Position numbers and translations under genes: made by a program
Shown here: in pieces, positions 19,438-28,400 of the stretch
Position numbering within the stretch: position 1 is the first letter of the stretch
How the letters are laid out: each line of letters opens with the position of its first letter
Assembly: GCA_942491955.1 (NCBI GenBank)
Contig: CALOCV010000015.1
Coordinates: forward strand, 47,762-111,761
DNA length: 64,000 nucleotides
Reading direction: 5' to 3'
Origin: Parachlamydiales bacterium
GTDB lineage: Bacteria > Chlamydiota > Chlamydiia > Chlamydiales > CALOCV01
Notes under the pieces: model-generated
Told to the model about the DNA's origin: nothing
What the model saw: only the letters and a program-made list of their open reading frames with translations
Database searches by the model: none

Positions 19438-20561
19438 ATGGCAACAAAAGCATTTGAAGATATTGTCACAAAAAAATTGGATGAAGCAGGAATTGGCGTT
19501 AACGGCAACAATCCTTGGGATATCGCTGTTACAAATCCCCTCTTTTTTGAACGCGTTGCACGAGAAGGATCCATTGGCCTCGGAGATTCTTATGTCGACG
19601 GTTGGTTTGATGCACCCAAACTCGACGAAACGATCCAACGTATCCTTTGCTCGGATTTGCAGCGAAAAGGGATTCCTTTAGGACAACTTGTTCGTCTTCT
19701 TTTTGCTTCGTTTGTTTTCAATCAACAATCGAAAAAACGTGCAAAAGAAGTTGGAGAAAAACACTACGACTTAGGTAATGATCTATTGGAAAGGATGCTC
19801 GATAAACGACTCGTCGAGCCTCGTGGATATTGGCGAAAAGCCAATAACCTCGACGAAGCACAAGAGGCCAAACTCGATCTCATCTGTCAAAAACTCTCTC
19901 TTCAACCCGGGCAAAGAATTCTCGATATCGGATGTGGATGGGGAAGCTTCCTCCTTTATGCCGCAGAAAAATATGGGATCGAAGGAGTTGGCATCACCAT
20001 ATCCCAAGAACAAAAAGAATATGTACAAGCAAAAGCTAAAAATTTCCCCGTTGAAGTCCGCTATCAAGATTATCGCGATGTGAATGAAACCTTCGACCAT
20101 GTCGTCTCCGTCGGACAATTCGAACACGTCGGTTACAAAAACTACCGCACCTTCTTCAATAAAAAGTTCGTCAATGCCTCCATAAAGATGGACTCCTTCT
20201 TCTACATACCATCGGAGGCAACAAAACCACGTACACAAGTGATCCATGGATAGAAAAATACATCTTCCCTAATGGAAAGATTCCTTCATTGGTTCAAGTA
20301 ACAAAAGCCTTTGAAGGTCTGTTTACCATGGAAGATTGGCATAATTTTGGCGCCGATTATGATAAAACACTAATGGCCTGGCACCAAAATTTTGTCCATC
20401 ATTGGGATCAACTTAAAGGAAAATATGACGAGCGTTTTTATCGAATGTGGCGCTACTATCTCCTTGCCTGCGCAGGAGCTTTCCGAGCAAGGAAACTCCA
20501 ACTGTGGCAAATCGTCCTCTCCCCAAAAGGAGTGCCGGGGGGATACCTTTCTGTCCGATGA
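19438..20561 (+). pseudogene. cfa: Cyclopropane-fatty-acyl-phospholipid synthase, interrupted by a 1-nt frameshift in an A-run
   Basis: The two track ORFs (19438-20253, 20289-20561) together match Cfa end to end (HYDLGNDL, LDIGCGWG, VSVGQFEHVG | LLLLHTIGG...DPWIEKYIFPNG...MEDWHNFGADYDKTLMAW...AGAFRARKLQLWQIV). The frames switch at aaaaa 20161-20165. Confidence 0.8.
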
Positions 20562-21157
20562 TTGGGATTTTCGGAGGGACCTTTGACCCAATACACTATG
20601 GGCATATCCATCTTGCTCAATCGCTTGCTCAAAAATATTCACTAGAAGAGGTGTGGTTTCTCCTTGCAAAAAAAAGTCCTCTAAAAAACAAGAGCCAAGA
20701 GACTCCTTTCGATCATCGTGCTGCCATGGTTGCGCTTGCTATTGAGGACATTCCCAACTTTTTCCTTGTTGTTATCGAAAAAGATCTTCCTTCTCCATCA
20801 TATACCGTCGATACCCTCCGCTTCATCCAACAAAAAGAACATCGCCCCCTTGCTCTTATTTTGGGACAAGACGCCGCCGTTTCTCTCCCTCAATGGAAAG
20901 AACCAGAAGAAATCTGTCAACGAGCCACCCTCCTTGTTGGAGGGAGACCCGCTAGCCCACCGATCGGTACGGTTAGCAAGCACCCAATTCTTTACAAAGC
21001 CATACAGAATGGATGGACGCAGATTCCATTAAAAGAAATTTCTGCAACCCATTTGCGAGAACGCTTTCATCAGGGAGAGTCTTGTGACGGGCTGCTTCCT
21101 CCAAAAGTGGTGGACTATATTTACAAAAATGAATTATACTCGTGTTCTATAAAATAA
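20558..21157 (+). CDS. nadD: Nicotinate-nucleotide adenylyltransferase NadD
   Basis: MIGIFGGTFDPIHYGHI motif. The start was chosen at the ATGA overlap with the cfa stop rather than the track start 20447. Confidence 0.85.
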   Translation: MIGIFGGTFDPIHYGHIHLAQSLAQKYSLEEVWFLLAKKSPLKNKSQETPFDHRAAMVALAIEDIPNFFLVVIEKDLPSPSYTVDTLRFIQQKEHRPLALILGQDAAVSLPQWKEPEEICQRATLLVGGRPASPPIGTVSKHPILYKAIQNGWTQIPLKEISATHLRERFHQGESCDGLLPPKVVDYIYKNELYSCSIK

Positions 21158-21170
21158 ATTTTTCTGAGTA

Positions 21171-21557
21171 ATGGAAATACAAGAACATTCTTCTCATGCT
21201 TTGATCGCCGATCTCTGCCAAGCCATTTACAATAAAAAAGGGAAAAACATCCTTGCCCTCGACCTTCGAGGCATCTCGACAATGACCGACTTTTTCCTCA
21301 TCGCCGAAGGTTCCGTTGAGCGACATGTAAAAGCTTTGGCCAATGCCATTCTCGATGCCCTCCATCAATATCAAATCGAACCTTTACATGTTGAAGGAAC
21401 CTCAACAGCCGATTGGATCGTCATCGATCTCGGAAATATCGTTATCCATCTCTTTACACCCGATCTAAGACAAAAATATGCCTTAGAAGAACTTTGGCAC
21501 GATGGCACCATCGTTGATGTGCCGATCACCCTACAAAGTAGAGGAGAAAACGAATGA
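21171..21557 (+). CDS. rsfS: Ribosome silencing factor RsfS (Iojap family)
   Basis: 128 aa. TDFFLIAEG...WIVIDLGNIVIHLF pattern and the conserved nadD-rsfS gene order. Confidence 0.85.
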   Translation: MEIQEHSSHALIADLCQAIYNKKGKNILALDLRGISTMTDFFLIAEGSVERHVKALANAILDALHQYQIEPLHVEGTSTADWIVIDLGNIVIHLFTPDLRQKYALEELWHDGTIVDVPITLQSRGENE

Positions 21558-22795
21558 AAAACCATCGCGTCGTCGTTACAGGAATGGGTCTCGTTTCCTG
21601 CCTAGGAAATGACATTGAAGAGTTTACTCAAAACCTTCTTGCAGGGAAATCGGGCTCTAAAACCATTACCCATTTCGATTGTTCCGAATACCCTACCCAC
21701 TTCGCTTGCTATATCCCCGAATTCGATACCGAGCACTATATCGATAAAAAACAGGCCCGTCGTATCGATCCCTTCATCCGTTACACCTTCGTGGCAGGGA
21801 AAAAAGCTCTCGAAATGGCACAGGCAAACCCAGAGCAACTCGATCCCACCCGTTGCGGCATCCTCATCGGTTCCGGTATGGGAGGAATGCAAGTCTTTGT
21901 CGATGGCGTCGATACTCTCAAAGAAAAAGGCCTTCGCCGCCTCACTCCCTTCTTTATCCCCTATATCCTAACGAATATGGCCAGTGGTCTCCTCGGCATG
22001 GAACTCGGTTTCCTGGGACCCAACTACTCCGTATCCACCGCCTGCGCTACCGCAACCTACGGCATCGTCAATGCCGCAAACCATATCCGCCGTGGCGATG
22101 CCGACCTCATGCTCTGTGGCGGCGCCGAAGCCGCTATCCTCCCTATGGGTATCGCCGGCTTCTGCGCCTGCAAAGCCCTCTCAACAAGAAATGATGCTCC
22201 AGAAAAAGCCTCCCGTCCCTGGGACAAAGACCGCGATGGTTTTGTTATGGGCGAAGGCGCCGGTGTTCTCGTCCTCGAATCTCTCGAACATGCACAAAAA
22301 AGAGGGGCCCCCATCCTCGCCGAATACCTCGGCGGTGGCCTCTCCTGCGATGCCTACCATATGACCGATCCCCGCCCCGACGGAGAGGGAATTGCCCTCG
22401 CCATCCGCTCCACCCTCGATGATGCCCATATCACCCCCAATGATGTCGGTTATATCAATACCCACGGTACCTCGACCCCCGCCGGCGATATGACCGAAAT
22501 CCGCGCCTACAAAAAAGTCTTCCCCAATCCCGAAAACATCGCCATCAACTCAACAAAATCCATGATCGGTCACCTCCTCGGCGCCGCAGGCGGCGTCGAA
22601 GCCATTGCCACCATCCAAGCCCTCCGAACAGGAACTATCCATCCTACCATCAACCTCGATAACCCCGAACCCGATCTCGCCCCCTTCCATGCCCCCACAT
22701 CCCCCTACACCTGGAACCCTACCGTCGGTATCTCCTGCTCCTTCGGCTTCGGCGGCCATAACGGCGTTGTTGCCTTCGCCCCCTGGCGCGAATAA
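21554..22795 (+). CDS. fabF: 3-oxoacyl-ACP synthase II
   Basis: 413 aa. Active-site STACATA, HGTSTPAGD, and SFGFGGHN motifs. Confidence 0.95.
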   Translation: MKNHRVVVTGMGLVSCLGNDIEEFTQNLLAGKSGSKTITHFDCSEYPTHFACYIPEFDTEHYIDKKQARRIDPFIRYTFVAGKKALEMAQANPEQLDPTRCGILIGSGMGGMQVFVDGVDTLKEKGLRRLTPFFIPYILTNMASGLLGMELGFLGPNYSVSTACATATYGIVNAANHIRRGDADLMLCGGAEAAILPMGIAGFCACKALSTRNDAPEKASRPWDKDRDGFVMGEGAGVLVLESLEHAQKRGAPILAEYLGGGLSCDAYHMTDPRPDGEGIALAIRSTLDDAHITPNDVGYINTHGTSTPAGDMTEIRAYKKVFPNPENIAINSTKSMIGHLLGAAGGVEAIATIQALRTGTIHPTINLDNPEPDLAPFHAPTSPYTWNPTVGISCSFGFGGHNGVVAFAPWRE

Positions 22796-22800
22796 TGTTT

Positions 22801-23186
22801 TTTGGGGCTCTGCCCCAAACCCCGCGCTTTATGGGGCTCCGCCCCAAACCCCGCTTGGGGAGCATGGCTCCCCAAGACCCCTGCGGCTGCTTCGCAGCCT
22901 TCAAGTTTGTCGCTTGCTGTGACCTTTGTTTCTCTGAGGCCTCTTGGTTTTTTCGAGAAAGCTATCGCTTTCTCGAAAGAATGCCATCGCACGAACGTGC
23001 CGTTCCGCGCGATAAGCCTCCTCCCTTCGGTCGAGCGGTTGAAATCCGAGTTGCGCAACTCGGGTTTGAAGATCGTAGCGGACCGATACCTAAACAGCAA
23101 GCCCATAACAAGCTGACGTCATAAGCTTAAGACAAATGGAAGGCAGCTTTAGCCGCAGGGGGTTTGGGGGAACTGGTTCCCCCAAA
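22801..23186. repeat. Cluster of at least 7 GC-rich perfect palindromes (REP-like or structured RNA) in the fabF/ispG convergent intergenic region
   Basis: tttggggc-tct-gccccaaa; tggggc-tcc-gcccca; cttggggag-catgg-ctccccaag; ctgcg..cgcag; tttcgagaaagc-tatc-gctttctcgaaa; ccgagttgc|gcaactcgg; tttgggggaac-tg-gttcccccaaa. Direct repeat ggggctcYgccccaaaccccgc x2. Confidence 0.6.
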
Positions 23187-23207
23187 GGGAACTGGTTCTC
23201 TCAAACT

Positions 23208-25100
23208 CTAACAAACGTTGGTAGTGACGGGGTCGACCCAGCGGTTGTGGGCTTTGATGAGGTTAACGAGGCGGTCGTCGGCTTGGTCGAAAGGGATACT
23301 TTTTTCGACGCATTGTTTTCCGACGTATAGGTCGATCATTCCTGGTTTAGAACCGACGTAGCCGAAGTCGGCATCGGCCATTTCTCCTGGACCATTGACG
23401 ATACATCCCATGATAGCGATTTTGACGCCGGGGAGATGGGAGGTTCGTGCGTGGATTTTTTTTGTTACTTCTTGTAGGTCAAAGAGGGTTCTTCCACAGC
23501 TGGGGCAGGAGATGAATTCGGTTTTGAAGGTGCGCATGCGCGCGGCTTGGAGGATACCAAAAGCGAGGATACGGTTGAAGGAGATACCGTGGGGGGTATC
23601 GAGGAGGAGTCCTTCGCCCCACTTATCGCAGAAGAGGGATCCTGCTTCCATGGAGGCTTCGAGGATGGTGTCTTCTTTTTCTGAAGTGTAAGAAAAATGG
23701 AGAATAACGGGAAAGGGAAGGGTGTGTTGTTCTACGAAGTGGAAGAAGCGGCGGCAGAAGGGGACTCTGTTTGTAGAGGGGGATAGGAGGAGGTAGGCAG
23801 GGGAGAGAGAGAGGAGTGCATTCCATTGTTCGGAAGGGTCGTTGTCGGTGATGCGGACGACATAGGGGGTAGGGGAGGTGAGGGAGAAGGATTCGGTTTT
23901 TTGATGGGTGATGGCTTCGGAGAGAGAAAAGAGGGGAGTGGTTCTTCCGGTTCCTTGAAGAGAGAGAACTCCAACGCCGATCTCTTGCAACGGTTGAAGG
24001 GGGTTATTCAAGGCAGAGGAGGGAAGGTAGATGGCATCTGCACATGACATGCCTAGTTTTGGGGTAAGGGATGTGCCTTCGAGTCCGAGATCAGGGTAAA
24101 GGGTGGGGGAAGAGAGGTCGGATTCTTCGACTTTTACGAGTACCGAACCATCGCGATGGAGGGAGACATTGCGTGGAAAGGAAAGAGTGCGGCGTTCGGC
24201 TTTTCTTTTGAGATCGAGAAGGGGATCGATATCTGAGTGGGTGCGTTCTTGTGTAAGGCGGATGAGGCGTTGGCAGGGGTCTATTTCGTACCAAGGATCT
24301 TCTGTCAAAGAGACGCGGATGGTATCGCCGATCCCATCGAGAAGAAGAGAGCCCGTTCCCATGGCTGATTTGATCCTACCGTCTTCCCCTTCTCCCGCTT
24401 CGGTAACACCGAGGTGGAGGGGATAATCCCATCCGAGTTGGAGCATTTCTGCGACAAGGAGGCGGTAGGCTTCGATCATGACCTGAGGGTTCGATGCTTT
24501 CATCGAATAGATGATGTCGTGGTAGCCGAGTTTCCGGCATACACGGGTAAATTCAAAGGCCGATTCGACCATGCCCATTGGCGTATCGCCGTAGCGGTTC
24601 ATGATGCGATCGGATAGGGAGCCGTGGTTGGTGCCGATGCGCATGGCGCGTTTGAGGCGTTTGCATTTTTCAACAAGAGGAGTGAATTTCTCTTCTAGTC
24701 TTTCGATTTCGGCAGCATAGGTGGCATCGTCGTATTCAATGACTTTGAAAGTAGCGCGTTTATCGACGTAGTTTCCGGGGTTGACACGCACCTTGTCCAC
24801 AAAGTCGACGACGCGCATAGCGGCAGGAGGGAAGAAATGGATATCGGCAACGAGAGGGATGTCATATCCATGGCGTAGGAGTCCATTTTTGATCTCTTCG
24901 CAGGTGTCGGCCTCTTTCATTCCCTGTACTGTGACACGAGCAATTTCACAACCGTAGTCGGCAAGGCGCATGATCTGATCGATCGTTGCTTTTGCATCAC
25001 GTGTGCTTGAAGTCGTCATCGACTGGATCCGTATGGGATTCTTTCCCCCTACGCCAATGTTTCCTACTAAGACTTCTCGTGTTTTCCAATTTGAAGGCAT
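23208..25100 (-). CDS. ispG: 4-hydroxy-3-methylbut-2-enyl diphosphate synthase IspG/GcpE, long form with inserted domain
   Basis: 630 aa. N-terminal TIM-barrel motifs (IRIQSMT, RVNPGN, GTNHGSL). About 270-aa insertion. C-terminal 4Fe-4S motif FISCPSCGRT...GCIVNGPGE. Confidence 0.95.
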   Translation of the reverse strand: MPSNWKTREVLVGNIGVGGKNPIRIQSMTTSSTRDAKATIDQIMRLADYGCEIARVTVQGMKEADTCEEIKNGLLRHGYDIPLVADIHFFPPAAMRVVDFVDKVRVNPGNYVDKRATFKVIEYDDATYAAEIERLEEKFTPLVEKCKRLKRAMRIGTNHGSLSDRIMNRYGDTPMGMVESAFEFTRVCRKLGYHDIIYSMKASNPQVMIEAYRLLVAEMLQLGWDYPLHLGVTEAGEGEDGRIKSAMGTGSLLLDGIGDTIRVSLTEDPWYEIDPCQRLIRLTQERTHSDIDPLLDLKRKAERRTLSFPRNVSLHRDGSVLVKVEESDLSSPTLYPDLGLEGTSLTPKLGMSCADAIYLPSSALNNPLQPLQEIGVGVLSLQGTGRTTPLFSLSEAITHQKTESFSLTSPTPYVVRITDNDPSEQWNALLSLSPAYLLLSPSTNRVPFCRRFFHFVEQHTLPFPVILHFSYTSEKEDTILEASMEAGSLFCDKWGEGLLLDTPHGISFNRILAFGILQAARMRTFKTEFISCPSCGRTLFDLQEVTKKIHARTSHLPGVKIAIMGCIVNGPGEMADADFGYVGSKPGMIDLYVGKQCVEKSIPFDQADDRLVNLIKAHNRWVDPVTTNVC

Positions 25101-25102
25101 GA

Positions 25103-25315
25103 TTACCCTTTCAAAAAGGCTGGTTGTTTAGAGGAATTTTGGCTCTCTTTTTCGGAGGACATTTCCTTGCTAAATTGCTTTTTGATGGTATCGTAGACGG
25201 TGTCTCTCTCTTGTTGGGATTGGAAAACCCAGTAACCCACTTTTCGTTCAAATTCATAAAAGCCAATGGCATAAATTTTAGCTTCGGGCGTGACTTGTTG
25301 ATTCTCTTTCCCCAT
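25103..25315 (-). CDS. Hypothetical small protein upstream of ispG
   Basis: 70-aa ORF ending 2 nt before the ispG start. No family recognised. Confidence 0.35.
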   Translation of the reverse strand: MGKENQQVTPEAKIYAIGFYEFERKVGYWVFQSQQERDTVYDTIKKQFSKEMSSEKESQNSSKQPAFLKG

Positions 25316-25449
25316 GGTCCCGACTTTAGCAAGGTTAACCGGGGAAAATCTTTATAATGAACAAATTGCATGATGGGACTCCTTTTTATAAGGGCACGGA
25401 AATCGTAACAAAATTCTATATTTTCTAAAAGGCATTAAGATAAACAATC

Positions 25450-28400
25450 CTAATTATATGTATCCTCTGCATCATCCGATTCTTTGCCTTTACCATGAGG
25501 ATCCTTGCCAGAAGGTGCAATAGGCATGTAACACTCCTCTCGATCGGCTTGATTATAAAAGTCTCCTCTTGGCAATCCAGTTTGGTAATCGTCTTCTTGA
25601 TTCGAGACGGTTTCTGTAGAATGGATAGGCTGTGTTTGATAATCTTCTTCACTAGTTGGTGATATAGTGGAGGCGGCAGATCCAAATGGTTGATAGGCCT
25701 CTTCTTTCTCTGAGGATGATATCGATGTGGGTGAAGCTTTTCTTGCAGAAGAATAGGTAGATAGCTTGCTAAAAAAACCGACTCGTGTTTCTGAATTCTC
25801 CTTAAATTGTTTAAAATGGTCTGCTTTGAGCATTTGTTCTGCTGTCCAGCGTTGTTTTGGATCTATTTGAAGAAGATTTTTAATAACAAAATAGATAGAA
25901 GTCGTTTCAGGATTTTTGAGTTCAGGTATGGTATTAAGGGCATCTTGTATGGTTTCCTGGAGTTTTTCTAAGGTGTCATTGGTTTCAAAAAATGTTTGTT
26001 TTGCTTGCACATTCGGAACAGGAAGATTCAAGAGAGAAACAATGGGTTTTTCTTTCATAAATTCTAGCAACAGGGCTCCAAGCGACCACATATCTAAAGC
26101 TGCGCCGTCGACTTCTTTACAAAAAGGCTTTCGTGTCACGGAACTAAAGAGACCTTCTGGAGCACGATAGCGATAGTCTCCATCTCCTGGATAAATGAAT
26201 TTAGTTGTACTTTCTTTTGCACAGCCAAAGTCGGTGATGCCAATTTTTCCCTCTTTGCTAACAAGAACATTGGCCCCTTTAAGGTCTAGGTGAAAAATGC
26301 GAGGGGATTTTTTACTATCACGATGGAGATGGTAGAGGCCTATACCTATATCATGAGCAATATATTGCGCATATATTGTTTGATAGGTCGATCGATCTTC
26401 AGGGGGAAAGAGGGTTAATTTTGTATAAACATTATCCACACTACCTAAACCCGCTGGTTCCATAAGATGAATCAATCGGTTATTTGCAGGATCGCGGATG
26501 GTATTCTGAATGGGCCAAATGCCTTCCCCTCCTGATTTTTCCGCCGCTGTTTTCTGCGTATTGGCTTCTTTTTCAGAAGCTGTGCAATTTGCCTCTCCTT
26601 CAACCACTTTAGCGACGAAATAACAACCGGGATCCATCTTCCAACAAATGCGAATTTCTCCAAAATTGCCTTTTCCAAAGACTCCTTTCTCATTAGGGAC
26701 CCAACGTGGATTTACAGGGGAACCGGTATTGATTTTTTCGGGAATTACTAAACCTGTTTCCTCGCACACAGATTTTCTTTCTTCTACTTGGCTAAGATCG
26801 AGCCAACCATATTGTCCCTGTCCAAAGACACTTGTAATTTGTTTTTCAATAGGTTGGAGTTCAAAGCTAGCTATCGAACTTGCACGGCCGTTATATATAC
26901 TTTCACGATCCAACAATCGATCCCCATTCCGTCCTCGGCGTGTAAGAATGACGGCACCGCCTCCAATACCGACAGCGATGACGACCCCTGCTACCACGAT
27001 GATCACGATGGTGAGGGTGTTATTCCCTTCACTACTCGACGAATTTCCTGCTGGTGCTGTTGGTTCTGTTGACGAAGAAGAGGGGGGCAAAGAGCTCGAA
27101 AAGGATGGCTCGCTGGTAGGAAGAGAGGATGAGGTGGGTACATTTGAAGAAGAAGAAGAAATATCGGTGGGTAAAGAAGATGAGAAGGAACTTGAATGGG
27201 TAATTGAGGAGGAAGAAGAAGGGGAATGAGACGAAGTTCCTGCACTATCTGTTGTAGCAGGGGTGGAGTTTGATGGATTCATCGAAGAGCTCAAACTAGA
27301 AGAAGCCATGGAAGACGGGTTAGAACTAGAAGAAGCCGTGGAAGACGGGTTAGAACTAGAAGGAGTTGTGGTGGAAGAAGAAGAGGTTGGGATTGTTGAC
27401 CCTGTTGTTGCTTCTGTTGGAGGGGGAATTACCTCGATAAAAAAAGTGTTATTTGCAAAGCCCCCAAAGCCATCGGTTCCCGTTGCAATGACGATATGAG
27501 GACCTAGATGCTCCACAGTAGGCGTTCCCGAAAATGTGTTATTTACAAGAGCTAGCCAATTGGGAAATACTCCTCCAGAAAGGTGAATCGGGTCTTCATC
27601 GGGATCGCCAAATGCTTCCGTTGTGTTAGGTGTGAATGCAAAGAAATTTCCATAAGAGGCTGTTTGGTTACCAATGGGATTGGTTGCGAAAGGGTCGCGA
27701 TTCAATACAGTAATGGTAAAACTCCTGGGATGCGTACCACCAATGCCATCGGTGACACGAGGTGTTACCGTGTGCACTCCCTGATCTCCACTTTGAGGGG
27801 TGCCGTAAAGACTCAAACCAAGGATGTCATAAATGAACATCCCATTAGCAGTTGGAATATAGAGCCAATTATTTAGGGAAAAAGTGCTGGCTGGGGTTTC
27901 TGAGAGGGGGAATCTTCCCACAATTTGAGGAGGGGAGGGATTTCGTCTGATGATGACAATTTCTTGTTGTCCGGCAGAACAGTAGCTGCCGATAACAGCC
28001 CCGCCGCCAGAGGAAATAGCACAAGCACTATTTGAACCCTCATCGAAATTTTTGACAAGAACGGGAGTAAAGCCATCAAATCTGACATAAAGTGAAAAGC
28101 CATTAAAACGTTCAGCAGTATCGATGTACGTAACGGGAGACTGTCTTAACGTGCTTACGCCAAGAGGAATATCTCCGGAAGGGATGGTCTCGAGTGCTTG
28201 GGGATATGTTGTATTAGTGACATCGAGGATGCGTGTGCCTTGCTGATAACCATAAGGGATGAAAAGCAAACCATTTTCGCTGATATGTAACTCTCGGGCC
28301 GTTTCTGTATTGTTAAAAGAACTCACGATCGCAGGGGAGCCAGGATTACTAATATCGACACCATAGACCAGGGGACCTGAACGTTCATTGATCCAAATGA

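Noticed and set aside
20447-20557. Upstream extension of nadD proposed by the ORF track
   Set aside because: The extension overlaps the cfa 3' end in another frame. The canonical MIGIFGGTFDP N-terminus starts at 20558 with an ATGA stop/start overlap.
22705-23124. Several 100-130-aa ORFs on both strands between fabF and ispG
   Set aside because: They overlap one another on both strands and are low-complexity (Pro/Arg/Gly). They coincide exactly with the GC-rich palindromes, so they behave like non-coding DNA.
22801-23186. Possibility that the palindrome cluster is tmRNA, RNase P RNA or SRP RNA
   Set aside because: No tRNA-like acceptor/T-arm with a tag reading frame, no GAGGAAAGTCC-type RNase P core, and no SRP domain IV motif were seen on either strand.
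23623-24294. Pro/Ser-rich alternative-frame ORFs within ispG
   Set aside because: They are embedded in a gene with unambiguous IspG motifs in another frame.
26648-27499. Plus-strand Glu-rich ORFs (EEEE...) opposite the kinase gene
   Set aside because: They are the antisense reading of the Ser-rich (TCN/AGY) stalk of the 1429-aa protein.
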